From assembly GCA_965197905.1 (NCBI GenBank), contig CBDAOB010000004.1, positions 416,001-480,000 on the forward strand: 64,000 bases of DNA, read 5' to 3'. The DNA is from Candidatus Latescibacterota bacterium (GTDB lineage: Bacteria; Latescibacterota; UBA2968; UBA8231). Of the stretch, positions 10,109 to 21,690 are shown piece after piece (within the stretch, counting starts at the first letter, position 1; every line of letters begins with the position of its first letter). The notes under the pieces were generated by a model. It was not told the origin of the DNA, searched no databases, and saw only the letters and a list, made by a program, of their open reading frames with translations. The position numbers and the translations under genes were made by a program.

Positions 10109-10849
10109 GTGATAAAAAACGCAACCACGTTGGTGCTGACGGTCTCGATCAGTTCGGGCGCGCTAGCCCGGGATATTGAGACACCGCGAGCGATCCTCGA
10201 TCGCATCGACGATCTCTATCGCGGCCAGTCCTCCCACGCCATCATGGACATGAGAGTCGCCACCGAACACTGGACGCGCGCGCTCAAGCTCGAAACATGG
10301 AGCAAAGGCAGAGACCGATCTCTCTTCCGCATCCTGTCCCCACAGAAAGAGAAAGGCACCGCGACGCTCAAATCCGGAAAACAGATGTGGAATTACCTAC
10401 CGAAGGTCGATCGCACCATTAAGATACCGTCCTCGATGATGGGCAGCTCGTGGATGGGCAGCCATTTCACCAACGACGACCTCGTAAAAGAAAACCGTAT
10501 GGCCGAGGACTATGATTTCGAGTACGGTGAAACGGCGGCGACCGATGAAATCGTGCTCGTCTGCATTCCGAAACCGGAGGCGCCAGTCGTATGGGGCAAG
10601 GTCGTGGTTCGGGTCCGCGCGAAAGACTGGATGCCCCTCACGGTGGGGTACTTCGACGAGGACATGGAGCCTGCGCGCACCATGGAGTTCGGTGATTATG
10701 AGATGATAAACGATCGTGTTCTGCCGCTTTTCTTGCGCATCACACCGGCTGACAAACCGAGCGAACACACTGAAATCCACTACGATAAGATCGAGTTTGA
10801 TCTTTCCCTTCCCGACCATCTTTTCTCTCTGCGCAACTTGCGGAAATAG
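10109..10849 (+). CDS. Outer-membrane lipoprotein-sorting (LolA-like) periplasmic protein
   Basis: GTG start after the MITE; signal peptide; KGTATLK..MWNYLPKVDRTIKI..SWMGSHFTNDDL. Confidence 0.85.
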   Translation: MIKNATTLVLTVSISSGALARDIETPRAILDRIDDLYRGQSSHAIMDMRVATEHWTRALKLETWSKGRDRSLFRILSPQKEKGTATLKSGKQMWNYLPKVDRTIKIPSSMMGSSWMGSHFTNDDLVKENRMAEDYDFEYGETAATDEIVLVCIPKPEAPVVWGKVVVRVRAKDWMPLTVGYFDEDMEPARTMEFGDYEMINDRVLPLFLRITPADKPSEHTEIHYDKIEFDLSLPDHLFSLRNLRK

Positions 10850-10857
10850 TACTCTCG

Positions 10858-12081
10858 ATGAGCGCGTTCGGTATCGCCTGGAGAAACATCATGCGCAAAC
10901 CGAGGCGCACCGCGGTTACCATTGCCGCCGTCTCGTTGAACACCGGCGTCTTGATCTTCACCTACGCCATGATGGACGGGATGCTGGTCCAATTGATGCA
11001 CGACTCAACGCACACCCACGTGGGCGACGTCCAGTTGCACGCCCGCGGTTATCTCGCCGATCGTTCGATCTATAAGAGCATTCCGGAACCTGGACGGTTT
11101 ATGACAGCTGCCGAGGCTGCAGGATTTGGCGCCACCGCGCGCAGCTTTGGCTTCGGCCTCGTCTCCATGGACACTAAATCTGCCGGGGCCAGTTACTGGG
11201 GAATCGATCCGGAGCGGGAAAAGAGCGCCTTCGAAATGGCGCACAAGCTGGAACGTGGCACCTTCCTGACGGCTGAACCCCGTGCTGAAGTGGTTATCGG
11301 GCGCCGCCTGGCCAAAAGCCTGCAAGCGCTGATTGGTTCCGAGCTGGTCGCCGTAGTCCAGGCCGCCGATGGCTCGGTCGGAAACGAGCTCTACACAGTC
11401 GCCGGCGTTTTGCAAAGCGTCGGCGACGAGATCGACCGCGGCGGCATCCTCATGCATCGCGACGATTTCGACCGACTCTTCGCCGCCGGCGGGCGCATTC
11501 ACGAGATCGCGGTGCTCGGTGAGCCCGACGCAGCACAGATCGCCACTCTCTTCGAGAAGAGTGACCCGTCGAAGGTGGTGGTTGCCGATACCTGGCGCGA
11601 GCTAATGCCGACCCTGAACGACATGCTCAACATGTCAGATGCGTCGATGGGAATCTTCGCGTTCGTGTTTCTGCTCTCCGCCGGCCTGGGGGTTCTCAAC
11701 ACCATGTTCATGGCAACACACGATCGCGTGCGTGAATTCGGAATGTTGAGAGCGCTCGGGACAACCCCGACTCGAATCGTAGTCGATGTGCTCGTTGAGG
11801 CGCTTTTGCTGGCGGTCGTGGCTGCGGTCCTCGGGGCCGTGCTGGGAAGCGTCGTGAGTCTCTATTTCGAGATGACCGGGGGCATGGACCTGACCCGATG
11901 GCAGGGTGGATCCCTGATGTTTTCAGGGGTTCCGTTCGAATCAATCTACAGGTTTGACCTGCTGCCGGGCCGCGTTGTAACCGCGGTGGTCGCCATGTGT
12001 CTGACATGCGTGGCAGCCTCGCTGTTCCCGGCTGTCAAGGCAGCAAGGCTCGATCCGGTAAAGGCGATGACCCACCAATGA
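10858..12081 (+). CDS. ABC transporter permease (MacB/LolE/FtsX type)
   Basis: IAWRNIMRKPRRT, large periplasmic loop, NTMFM...REFGMLRALG, PAVKAARLDPVKAM. Confidence 0.9.
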   Translation: MSAFGIAWRNIMRKPRRTAVTIAAVSLNTGVLIFTYAMMDGMLVQLMHDSTHTHVGDVQLHARGYLADRSIYKSIPEPGRFMTAAEAAGFGATARSFGFGLVSMDTKSAGASYWGIDPEREKSAFEMAHKLERGTFLTAEPRAEVVIGRRLAKSLQALIGSELVAVVQAADGSVGNELYTVAGVLQSVGDEIDRGGILMHRDDFDRLFAAGGRIHEIAVLGEPDAAQIATLFEKSDPSKVVVADTWRELMPTLNDMLNMSDASMGIFAFVFLLSAGLGVLNTMFMATHDRVREFGMLRALGTTPTRIVVDVLVEALLLAVVAAVLGAVLGSVVSLYFEMTGGMDLTRWQGGSLMFSGVPFESIYRFDLLPGRVVTAVVAMCLTCVAASLFPAVKAARLDPVKAMTHQ

Positions 12082-13337
12082 AATCGGCTCCAACTCTTGA
12101 ACAGCTCTCTCTGGTTCTCAGGGTTTCTTGGCGCAGCATCTGGCGCAGCAAGCGGCGAACCTGGATTACCCTCAGCGCTATCGCCTTCGGTCTGGCGCTT
12201 GCCGTTTTCTTCATCTCCTTCGCCGACGGGGTGTACAACCAGATGATCGACGATGCCACTCGCATGCAGGGAGGCCATTTCACCCTCGAGCACCCGTCCT
12301 ATCGAGAGGCACCTGCCATAGACCTGTTTGTGACCGGTGTCGGCGAGCATCGATCCCGAATCGAGTCACTCGACGGCGTTGCGGGCACCAAGGCGTTGAT
12401 CCTTGGTCAGGGCGTCGTCCGCTCTGGAAGCGGGGCGGTCGGCGTGGCGGTGATGGGGGTGGAACCATCTGTAGAGGTGGCTGCGTCTCCCCTGGCAAGA
12501 AAAATCAACTCCGGCTCATTCCTCGAGGACCGGGATCGGCGAAAGGTGGTGATCGGTGTCAAGCTCGCCGAGCGGCTCAACCTCGAAGTCGGAAAAAAGC
12601 TGGTTATAACCACCAACAATGCCGACGGCGATATCGTCGAGGAACTCTTCCGGGTAAAGGGCACCTTCGAAATCGGCGCGGATGAGGTCGACACCTACAT
12701 GGTCCAGATTCCGCTCGAATCTGCGCGCCGGCTCTACGGATTGGGCGATGACGACGCCACCCAGCTGGGGGTGCTGCTCGAAGATGCGGACAACCGGCCT
12801 GCGCTTTTGGCTGCGGTGAGAACCTTCGTTCCCGACGCCATAGCACTTCGCACCTGGGAAGAGGTCATGCCCGAGCTGGCCAACTATGTGCGCGTCGATC
12901 GTGGTGGCAATCGGATCTTCCAGGGCATAGTCATCTTCTTGAGTCTGTTCACCATCTTCAACACGATCCTGATGTCGGTTCTCGAGCGCACCCGAGAGCT
13001 GGCGATGCAGCTGGCTCTGGGGGTGTCCGCCTCCTTGCTGCGTTTGCAGGTGGTTGTGGAATCCGCTTTGCTTGGTGCCGTGGGGAGCTCCCTGGGCGTG
13101 TGTCTGGGCGGAGCTCTGGGATACTGGATGCAAGTGGAAGGGCTGGACATGTCGAGATTCTATCGCGAAGGCGTGGACGTTTCCGGTTTTGCGGTCGATA
13201 CCGTCGTCCATGCCAGCGTCACGGTCGAGCTTCTTTGCGGTATGTGGGTTCTGGTTTTTGTCGCCACTGTGCTGTTGAGTCTGATTCCCGGGCGTCAGAT
13301 CTCGAGAATCGCAGTGGCCGAGGTCCTGCGCGGATAG
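12078..13337 (+). CDS. Second ABC transporter permease (MacB/LolE/FtsX type)
   Basis: ATGA overlap with the previous stop; VSWRSIWRSKRRT, NTILMSVLERTRELAMQLALG. Confidence 0.9.
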   Translation: MKSAPTLEQLSLVLRVSWRSIWRSKRRTWITLSAIAFGLALAVFFISFADGVYNQMIDDATRMQGGHFTLEHPSYREAPAIDLFVTGVGEHRSRIESLDGVAGTKALILGQGVVRSGSGAVGVAVMGVEPSVEVAASPLARKINSGSFLEDRDRRKVVIGVKLAERLNLEVGKKLVITTNNADGDIVEELFRVKGTFEIGADEVDTYMVQIPLESARRLYGLGDDDATQLGVLLEDADNRPALLAAVRTFVPDAIALRTWEEVMPELANYVRVDRGGNRIFQGIVIFLSLFTIFNTILMSVLERTRELAMQLALGVSASLLRLQVVVESALLGAVGSSLGVCLGGALGYWMQVEGLDMSRFYREGVDVSGFAVDTVVHASVTVELLCGMWVLVFVATVLLSLIPGRQISRIAVAEVLRG

Positions 13338-13343
13338 TGTATC

Positions 13344-14048
13344 ATGGATCCCATCATAAAAATCGAAGGGGTTACCAAAGATTACGGAGACGGTGACGTG
13401 ATTACCCACGCACTCAGAGGTATCGATCTGGCGATTGAGGGCGGAGAATTTACCGCCGTTGCCGGTCCCTCGGGTTCGGGCAAGAGCACACTCCTGAATA
13501 TCGTCAGTGGACTCGACCGGCCCACATCCGGAAGGGTGTTCGTCGATGGCGAGGATATCACCGGCTGTTCCGGCGGCCGGCTTAGCGAGCTGCGCCTGCG
13601 ACGCATTGGTTTCGTATTTCAGGCTTACAACCTGATCCCAGTCCTCACTGCCTACGAGAACGCCGAGTACATTCTGATGTTGCAGGGAATCTCCAAGAAT
13701 CGGCGGCGCGCCAAGGTGATGGAGTTGCTTCAACAGGTCGGCCTCAGCGGCATGGAGGACCGCTTTCCCCGTGAGCTGTCGGGAGGACAACAGCAGCGCG
13801 TGGCCATCGCCAGGGCGATCGCTTCCGAGCCATCCATGATCCTGGCCGACGAGCCCACCGCCAACGTCGATCAATCGACCGCTGCCGCTCTGATGGATCT
13901 GATGGGCCAGCTGAACAAGGATCGGGGCGCGACCTTTCTGTTCTCGTCCCACGATCAAAACGTCCTCGATCGCGCGCACCGGCTGCTCATCCTCACCGAT
14001 GGCAGAATAACCCACGATACGGCCGCCGCGAGCGAAATTCCTGGATGA
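13344..14048 (+). CDS. ABC transporter ATP-binding protein (LolD/MacB type)
   Basis: Walker [28 protein letters not shown]. Confidence 0.95.
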   Translation: MDPIIKIEGVTKDYGDGDVITHALRGIDLAIEGGEFTAVAGPSGSGKSTLLNIVSGLDRPTSGRVFVDGEDITGCSGGRLSELRLRRIGFVFQAYNLIPVLTAYENAEYILMLQGISKNRRRAKVMELLQQVGLSGMEDRFPRELSGGQQQRVAIARAIASEPSMILADEPTANVDQSTAAALMDLMGQLNKDRGATFLFSSHDQNVLDRAHRLLILTDGRITHDTAAASEIPG

Positions 14049-15328
14049 ACCACCATCGCTGCTTCTTGTTGGCGCTGTTCTGGCCGGCCACGGCAGTCGC
14101 CCTCGTCGAACTGGGACAAGGGGCTCTGACCCTCGACGGCAACTTGCGCGCAACCAGCATCGCCACCCAAAACTACGACCAGTCGTTTCTCTGGGGCGAT
14201 GGCGACACAGCGGATGGGCAGTCCGATCTGGCCGTGCGATTGGTGGCGACCGGCAAACCCCGCGCTACCTTGAAATGGAACGTGCATGTTGTTCAGCGGC
14301 TGACCTTCAATACCGCCGAATTGCCAACCACGGGCTCTTCGACATTGCTCGGTAGAAGCGGAACCCAAGTTCCCTACCGCGCAATAGATACGCGGTGGGA
14401 ATGGGGCAAAGCAGATGATGTGAACGCCTGGATTTATCTCGATCGGGCGAATATCGAGCTTACACTTGGCCACGCTGACGTAGCGTTTGGCCGCCAGGCC
14501 ATCACCTTTGGCAAGGCCTACTTCTGGAACCCGCTCGACGTCTTCCTCGCCTTCGGCTCCACCCAGTTCGACCGCGACTACAAAGCCGGCGTCGACGCGC
14601 TGCGGGTAGACGCGCCCATCGGCGATCTTTCGGGGCTGACGATCGTCGGCGTTCCGGGTCGTGTCGAGGAACAAGGGCCGCAGACAGATGAGCACAGCTT
14701 CTGGTACCGCAGCGCTCTTCTGGCGCGGGTTTATGGAAACCGCCGCTCCTGGGACCTGGCTGTCCAGGGGGGCAAGATTCTCGGGGGATATCAGCTGGCA
14801 GGTGCGGTAGCGGGTGAGCTCGGAACAGTGGAGGTGCGCGGCGAAGGGGCGTGGTTCGTAACCCAGGACGCAAGCGCCCTTTCCGGATTGTCTACGGCCG
14901 CTGTCGTCGAGGACCACCTTTCGATCGTAGCCGGCTTCGGACGCAGCTTCATCGGGGGCGAGCTGCAACTACAGGCAGAGTACTACTACAACGGCGCAGC
15001 ACGAGGACCTAGACTCGATCGTCTCGCGCTGATCTCGGCAGGCCGACTGCAACACCTCAACCGCCATCTGCTCGGCATCGTCGGAAGCTACCGACTCCAT
15101 CCTCTGCTTTCGAGCTCGCTCGCAGCGTTGTGGGGCGCGTCGGATGGCTCCTGGCTTTTACAGCCCCGTCTCTCCTATTCGGTCGCAGACGAGGTCGAAC
15201 TGGTCGCCGGATCCATCGTTGCCCGGGGACGCCGGCCGCGCGGGAGCAATGTCGCGGAATTGAGATTCCGCAGTGAGTTCGGTACCTATCCGAATTTCTA
15301 TTACTTGGAAACTAAGCTCTATTTCTGA
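14045..15328 (+). CDS. Outer-membrane beta-barrel hypothetical protein
   Basis: Signal peptide, LDRANIE..GRQAITFG..WNPLD, C-terminal KLYF. Confidence 0.7.
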   Translation: MNHHRCFLLALFWPATAVALVELGQGALTLDGNLRATSIATQNYDQSFLWGDGDTADGQSDLAVRLVATGKPRATLKWNVHVVQRLTFNTAELPTTGSSTLLGRSGTQVPYRAIDTRWEWGKADDVNAWIYLDRANIELTLGHADVAFGRQAITFGKAYFWNPLDVFLAFGSTQFDRDYKAGVDALRVDAPIGDLSGLTIVGVPGRVEEQGPQTDEHSFWYRSALLARVYGNRRSWDLAVQGGKILGGYQLAGAVAGELGTVEVRGEGAWFVTQDASALSGLSTAAVVEDHLSIVAGFGRSFIGGELQLQAEYYYNGAARGPRLDRLALISAGRLQHLNRHLLGIVGSYRLHPLLSSSLAALWGASDGSWLLQPRLSYSVADEVELVAGSIVARGRRPRGSNVAELRFRSEFGTYPNFYYLETKLYF

Positions 15329-15357
15329 GCGGCGAACGGTCCCTGGAGGACCAAACG

Positions 15358-18300
15358 CTACGCACTCAATCCTGCCAACACTTCCTCGAAAATAGAGCGT
15401 GTCTTCCTCATTTGGTCGGCCAGGTCTGACTTGAGTTGCTCACCTGTATCCGTACCGATTGCCCGTGCCAGCACGGCCAGTTCCCGTCCCCGCGGAAGCT
15501 CACTTCGGATCCGGTTGCTCGTCATCCGGAAGGCCTTCTCCATATCCCGCAACCGGTCATGGGCATCCAACAGAAAACTGCCATCTTCCTGACCGATGTA
15601 TTCCTTCTCCATGAGCCCCTGGAGCATTTCCCGTGTGTTCATTCCCACCCAAAATCCGCATGCCTTCCCATTTTTCAAAGCGAGAATCTGCGAGACATAC
15701 TCTACGTCTACGATCCCGCCGAGCCCTTTTTTAATGTCGAATGTGGTGCTATGGACGCGCTTTGGTTTTGGCTCCTGCCGACTCCTGATATGCCTTAACT
15801 CCCGCACCTCTACTTCTGTTAACGGTCCGTCGTACACGAATCCACGAATCGCTCGGAGGACCTTGTTGCTCAGATCCGCATGCCCAGCCACACCGCGAGC
15901 CCGCGTCAGTGCCATCCGCTCCCAGGTCCGCGCTCTGCTCTTGAGATATCGTCGATACCCTGTCAGGTTGATGACCATCGGAGCGTTCCTTCCGTCCGGA
16001 CGCAGTCGCGCGTCCACCTCATAGTCAATCTCTCCCAGGCTCCGGCTCAGCTCAACGGCCAGCTCGACGAAGAACTGATGGTTGTCTACTCCCCTACCTG
16101 TGCTTCCCTTTCCATCGTACACGAAGAACAGATCCAGGTCTGATCCGAAGTTCAGCATTCTACTGCCGAGTTTCCCCACGGCGATGCAGGCGAACGCGGC
16201 GTCCTTGCCGTTATCGGATCGAGGTTTGCCTCTCCGTCGCACGATTTTTCTCCACGCCTCTTTGAATTTGAATCTCACGACAACCTCGGCCAGGTCAGAT
16301 AGTCGTGCGAAGGTCTCCTCGCTGGAAATCAGCTTCAGCAAATCTTCCGTTCCGATCCTCAGCATCTCCCTGTTGTGAAAACGGGCAATAGTTCCCCGGT
16401 CCGCAGCTTCGGCGGGCTGCGCCTCTCCTATTACGCGGCCACTCACCAGGGCGTCTAGCAACGACGGATCCCGGCACATCAGACCAGCCAAATACTCGCT
16501 TGAACCGCAAATCAACGCGATCATCTTGCGGAAGATCGGGTGCGCTTGTATAAGCTCGCTCAGAGTTCCCGGCGCACCGTAGGCAGCCATCAGCTGACCG
16601 AGACGTCGTATTGCCGCATCCGGGTCAGGAGCTGCCCCCAGAGATGAGAGCAACTCCGGCAACGACGCGAGCAGTCTGTTGCGCGCCAACTGCGTCATGA
16701 GGGGCGCGTTGGCTATTTCCCTAAGCACTCCGTGCGCCGAAACCGGATCACCGAAACCCATCGCACGGAGAGCCTCATCCACGCGGGGGGAAGAGATGGG
16801 TGCGTCAAGCACCCAGCCGAGCTGGTCTGACTCTTCTTTATCGGTGTAGAAGAGCTCGTCGTAGATCGCCCTAACCCGAAGGAGGTGCGCCTGGAGCCCC
16901 TGCTCTATCCCAACCGCATCCTTGACCCCGTCGACACCGATGACAACCGCCAAGCCATCTCGGGCTTCTTCACTTTTCGGCAACTCATAAACTGGACGGT
17001 CGGTCTCGATTTGGAGCAGATTTTCCAGCCGGCGCAGAAAAGAATACGCCTCTGTGAGTTGGTGAGCTTCATCTTCATCGAGACTTCCGGCTCTACGTAA
17101 CCTCGCGATCGCTGTCAGCGTGTTGACGGAGCGCACGGAACGGTCGAGCCTTCCCGAAAGCAGCTGGAGACACTGCACCACAAATTCGATGTCTCGAATC
17201 CCGCCAGGACACAGCTTTATGTTCTGAGAATTTCCCGAGCCGGGTTGTATCTCTTCTTCGATTCTCTGCTTTACACCGCGGATTGCCTCATGGGGTGATT
17301 CGGCAAAGTGCGCCGGATACACAAAGGGTCGCAGCATCTGCTCGAACCTGCGCCACAATTTCTTGGAACCCGCCGCTCGGCGGGCTTTGATTAGCATCTG
17401 TCGCTCCCACAGCTCGCCTCGCGTCTCGTAATGAATCCAATAGCTTTGCAGTGAACGCACCAGAGGGCTATGTCGGCCTTGAGGCCGCAGACGCATATCA
17501 ACTCGATACAGAAAACCTTCCGCCGCAACCTCTGTCAGCGAGCTGATGAGCATCTCGCCTAGCCGGGTGAAGAACTCTCCATTGCAAATCGCGGTCCTCT
17601 CGCCGGTTGACTCGATGCTACTGTCCTCATCGAATACAAACAGCAGATCGATGTCAGAGCTGTAGTTCAATTCGATGCCACCGTATTTGCCGAGTCCAAC
17701 AATGCAGAATTCGGCCCGCCGACCCCGACGATTGAGGGGTCGTCCATGCTTTTCGATCAAACGTTCGAAACAGGCCTCCAGCGCGACCTCCAGGACGACA
17801 TCCGCCAGCTCAGCAAGCTCACGACCGATTTGTTCCACCGACTTCAATCCGAGAATCTCCGCGGCGCCGATTCGCAAGAGTTCCCGCCTCTGGACCCGAC
17901 GCAACCGGGCCATAACCTCCGCCGTTTCCCGATGGTTCCCGAGGTCTCGGTGGATGACCTTGCGCAGGGTGGGTTTGTCCAGTTCTCGACGCAAGAAGGG
18001 TGTTTCTTCGAGCAGCCAGAAGAGGTATTCCGGATTGCGAACGAGGATGTCCGTCAACAGAATGCTGTGAGCGAGAATTTTCAGAAGGAACTCGGGTAGT
18101 CGACCGGAATCACCCAGGCGACGATAGAGTCGATCAGAGCCGCCGGATGCTCGCACGAAACGCTCGAAATGAGCAAGCGCCCGGTCGGGTCGGCCGCTGG
18201 TGGCGGCCGCCATGAGTATTTCGGGGGGAAGTGCTGCGGGCAAGTCCGTCGAACGACCGATCTGGTCGACAATACTCCCGGCTCGCTCGACATCTCGAAA

Positions 18301-18384
18301 CCCGAGATCGCTCAGAGCCGACCGACTCGAGGGCCCATCTCCATGCAGGACCCGGCCGGCCAGCTCCGCATTTCTGTCTGCCAC
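15358..18384 (-). CDS. glnE: Bifunctional glutamine synthetase adenylyltransferase/adenylyl-removing enzyme
   Basis: Two nucleotidyltransferase modules (GKYGGIELNYSSDIDL..VDMRLRP; GKLGSRMLNFGSDLDL..VDARLRP). Confidence 0.95.
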   Translation of the reverse strand: MADRNAELAGRVLHGDGPSSRSALSDLGFRDVERAGSIVDQIGRSTDLPAALPPEILMAAATSGRPDRALAHFERFVRASGGSDRLYRRLGDSGRLPEFLLKILAHSILLTDILVRNPEYLFWLLEETPFLRRELDKPTLRKVIHRDLGNHRETAEVMARLRRVQRRELLRIGAAEILGLKSVEQIGRELAELADVVLEVALEACFERLIEKHGRPLNRRGRRAEFCIVGLGKYGGIELNYSSDIDLLFVFDEDSSIESTGERTAICNGEFFTRLGEMLISSLTEVAAEGFLYRVDMRLRPQGRHSPLVRSLQSYWIHYETRGELWERQMLIKARRAAGSKKLWRRFEQMLRPFVYPAHFAESPHEAIRGVKQRIEEEIQPGSGNSQNIKLCPGGIRDIEFVVQCLQLLSGRLDRSVRSVNTLTAIARLRRAGSLDEDEAHQLTEAYSFLRRLENLLQIETDRPVYELPKSEEARDGLAVVIGVDGVKDAVGIEQGLQAHLLRVRAIYDELFYTDKEESDQLGWVLDAPISSPRVDEALRAMGFGDPVSAHGVLREIANAPLMTQLARNRLLASLPELLSSLGAAPDPDAAIRRLGQLMAAYGAPGTLSELIQAHPIFRKMIALICGSSEYLAGLMCRDPSLLDALVSGRVIGEAQPAEAADRGTIARFHNREMLRIGTEDLLKLISSEETFARLSDLAEVVVRFKFKEAWRKIVRRRGKPRSDNGKDAAFACIAVGKLGSRMLNFGSDLDLFFVYDGKGSTGRGVDNHQFFVELAVELSRSLGEIDYEVDARLRPDGRNAPMVINLTGYRRYLKSRARTWERMALTRARGVAGHADLSNKVLRAIRGFVYDGPLTEVEVRELRHIRSRQEPKPKRVHSTTFDIKKGLGGIVDVEYVSQILALKNGKACGFWVGMNTREMLQGLMEKEYIGQEDGSFLLDAHDRLRDMEKAFRMTSNRIRSELPRGRELAVLARAIGTDTGEQLKSDLADQMRKTRSIFEEVLAGLSA

Positions 18385-18952
<568 letters not shown>

Positions 18953-19096
18953 TGATTTGACCTTTCGCTAATGCACTGTTCAATAACTGGCCTTGCAGAA
19001 TTGCGGCGCTTCGACACCCGGCCCGCAAGGCGCGCGATCGAGCCATCATGAGTGTTGGGCGAGCGCCGCATGTAAGTGACGATGGCGTTTTGAGTC

Positions 19097-20182
19097 TCAT
19101 GCCATCGCGCGCCGGCGTTGGTAGGCGTAGATGGTGCGAACGAGATCCCGCTCACGGGTCGTCGGTAGGTCGACGAACTCGAGGCTCATTCCGGTTCCCT
19201 TGGGGTGTTTGAATACGCGAACGACTCGACATACCAGCCCCGCAAGAGGAAACGAGTCGTCGAATTTTGGATCGATCGTCAACGCCGTGCCCTCCTCGAT
19301 CTCGCTACGGGTGACGATGCCTAGACCACCTCCGCTGACGTCGACTACGTTAGCTTCGATAACGGCCGGCCCTTTCGCCGCCGTTTCCTCCTCCTCGGTA
19401 CCGCTGCGCTGAGTGACGGGAAAGAGCGTTAGGGGGAAGTTGGTTTCCAAGCGGAAGAAGTCGCGCTTCTGGAGGTGTTCGAGATGTTGCGAGTGCCGAA
19501 TCTTCATCGTCGTGGTTTCGGGCATCGTCTCCACGACCTGCGAGCGGAATCTGTATTCCGTATCACCTTCACGCCAGAATCGGACCTTGACCTTGTCCCC
19601 CTCTCCAAGCGCACTTAGATGTTTGTCTTCGTCCTTTATCAACGGCACAACGGTGATCGCATGTTCGTCTACGTGAATAACGAAGCAGGAACAGAACCCG
19701 CGTGGCCCCCCTTTCACCGGCCAAAGCATGATGGTCTGGCCAGCCTCGATCTCCCGCGTGCTGTAGACCGGTTGTCCCGGAGCCGGGCGGTCGAAACCGA
19801 GTTTGCGTCGAATCTCGGAGATTTCTTTCAGCTGCGGCGGATCGGGGTCCGCGGATCTTCGATCGACCTGGTCGGCGTATTTCCCCACGTGTTCATCGAA
19901 TGCTTTAAGCGAGGTGAGCAGCAGCAGAGGGTGTTTCATCTTGTCGGTTTTGGCGATCCCCTCCAGCAGCTGTTGCTCATTCGGGCCGAGCCCGCGCTCC
20001 TTGGCACTGCCGCTGAAGGTCTGCCACAATTGCCGTTGCCAGCGAAACCTTCGGATGAAGGGATACGCGATCATGCTCAGCAGGAGAGCGACCAGGAAAC
20101 CGAGCAGAAGAGGTGTTATCCACTCGGGGGCTTCGCCTCTCAGACGGATCAGTGGCAACAGGCTTTCGTAACTTTTGTCCAC
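19097..20182 (-). CDS. Membrane-anchored YcgR/PilZ-type c-di-GMP receptor
   Basis: N-terminal TM; YcgR-like domain (VKVRFWREGDTEYRFRSQV); PilZ RxxxR (RDFFR) and DxSxxG (DVSGGG). Confidence 0.85.
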   Translation of the reverse strand: MDKSYESLLPLIRLRGEAPEWITPLLLGFLVALLLSMIAYPFIRRFRWQRQLWQTFSGSAKERGLGPNEQQLLEGIAKTDKMKHPLLLLTSLKAFDEHVGKYADQVDRRSADPDPPQLKEISEIRRKLGFDRPAPGQPVYSTREIEAGQTIMLWPVKGGPRGFCSCFVIHVDEHAITVVPLIKDEDKHLSALGEGDKVKVRFWREGDTEYRFRSQVVETMPETTTMKIRHSQHLEHLQKRDFFRLETNFPLTLFPVTQRSGTEEEETAAKGPAVIEANVVDVSGGGLGIVTRSEIEEGTALTIDPKFDDSFPLAGLVCRVVRVFKHPKGTGMSLEFVDLPTTRERDLVRTIYAYQRRRAMA

Positions 20183-20348
20183 GGGAATCTCCTTGAGTCG
20201 TTTTCAACCCGATGACTGCGAGTTCGCAAGTTACGTGCCAGCTGCGGGTCAGAAGGTTTTTTGGTGTATCCGTAAGGGGAGTGCGAAAAACGGGCTTGAG
20301 AGTGAGACCCTGCCTCACAAACCGCAGATTCGCCTGGGTGCTCTCTGA

Positions 20349-21468
20349 TCAGGTAACGATTTTGCCGGCACGAACGGTGGACAACGGCTCCCAACAACCT
20401 CCAGACCTCTCGATATCCTGTACGTCCTTGAGTCGGCCGTCCTCGTTCCACCTCAAAAGGGCGATGTCGGCGCACGCGCCGGCGGCCAGCGTCCCGACCC
20501 AGCAGCTCAGCCGGGCGCAACGTCGCCCGCGCAAACACTTCTGTCTCCGGCATGCCGGCGGCGATGAATTTCGACATGGTACGCGGCAGGTCGTGTTGCG
20601 GATCGCTACCCACGTGGCGTTTGTACTGATCGCTCGACACGGTGTCCGGGTAGAACCCCTCAGCGATGGCCGCGTCGGCAATTGGAAAGCTGAACGACCG
20701 CATACCGTGTCCGGCGTCGAACAGGACACCCCGTCCTTTCGCTTCCCAAACCGCATCTCTCACCTTCCCTGACTCGATGATGTTGTCCGCCAGGTAGGTG
20801 AAGGTGTAGGTCATCAGGTCCCCTGCACGCAGGTAGGGCAGCTGCTCCTCCAGCGGAAAATCATGGTCCAACCGTGGGCCATATAGCACCGGTCGACCAC
20901 AGCGTTCGGCGGCGGCTATCCCGCGGCGCATGATCTCCCTGGGATCGACGGTGTAGGTGGGCTGGTTCGTAGCGTTAAAGGCGATACCCCAGATCTCGGC
21001 ACCCGCGGAGGCAATCGTATCCACGCACAGGTCAACATCTGCATTCTCTAGATCTTCGAAGCAGTGTCCAACCTGCGATTCGCCGTACTTCGAAAGGTGT
21101 AACGCCAATCGGACCCGGGTTTGACAGCCGTTGATCACCTCATCCTTATAGGCCGGCCAGTTCAGCGCACCTGCATCCCCCTGGGACATGCAGGTCGTCA
21201 CCCCCCGGGGAAGGAAGTGGTCGTCGGGATCGATCCCGTAACGCGATCCGCCCTTTGCCGGATGGGCATGCATATCGACCAACCCCGGCAGCAGCAGGCC
21301 GTCCGGAAATTCCAGGACCCGCTCCGCCGGACCGGAAACATCCAGGCCAGACGCGACGATACGGTCTCCCCGAATCGCCACTGCTCCGCGCCCGTCGAGT
21401 CCGGTATCGGCACAGAATACACGGCCGGCGGTGATCAACAGATCGTACGATGTATCCGCGTGCGCCAC
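20349..21468 (-). pseudogene. Amidohydrolase (dihydroorotase/deacetylase-like), frameshifted near 20500
   Basis: PGLVDMHAH, FDAGHG, YPDTVSSD in ORF 20149..21468. The family C-terminus VGTLAAGACADIALL..TVRAGKIV lies in another frame (20349..20756). Confidence 0.8.
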
Positions 21469-21576
21469 CTTGACTCCTTTCTTGTGGTTGATCCGAATAT
21501 AACCGAATTATCCCGATTGCTCTGCCCTGGGAATTGGCTGGGCAGCAACGGCCCAAAACTCCACCTCAAGAAATTG

Positions 21577-21605
21577 TTGACCAATCGGTTCCTAATTCGT
21601 ATACT
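21577..21605 (+). promoter_or_regulatory. Sigma70-type promoter of the MMPL operon overlapped by a TetR-type operator
   Basis: TTGACC-N17-TATACT; quasi-palindrome GACCAATCGGTTC overlaps the -35 and spacer. Confidence 0.65.
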
Positions 21606-21690
21606 GGTTGCATTCGGGACCCAATGCACCCGGAAACCATCACCTAGGTCTTTTTGAATCGCGATCAATCGAGGGAAGGAGAACCGCCCC

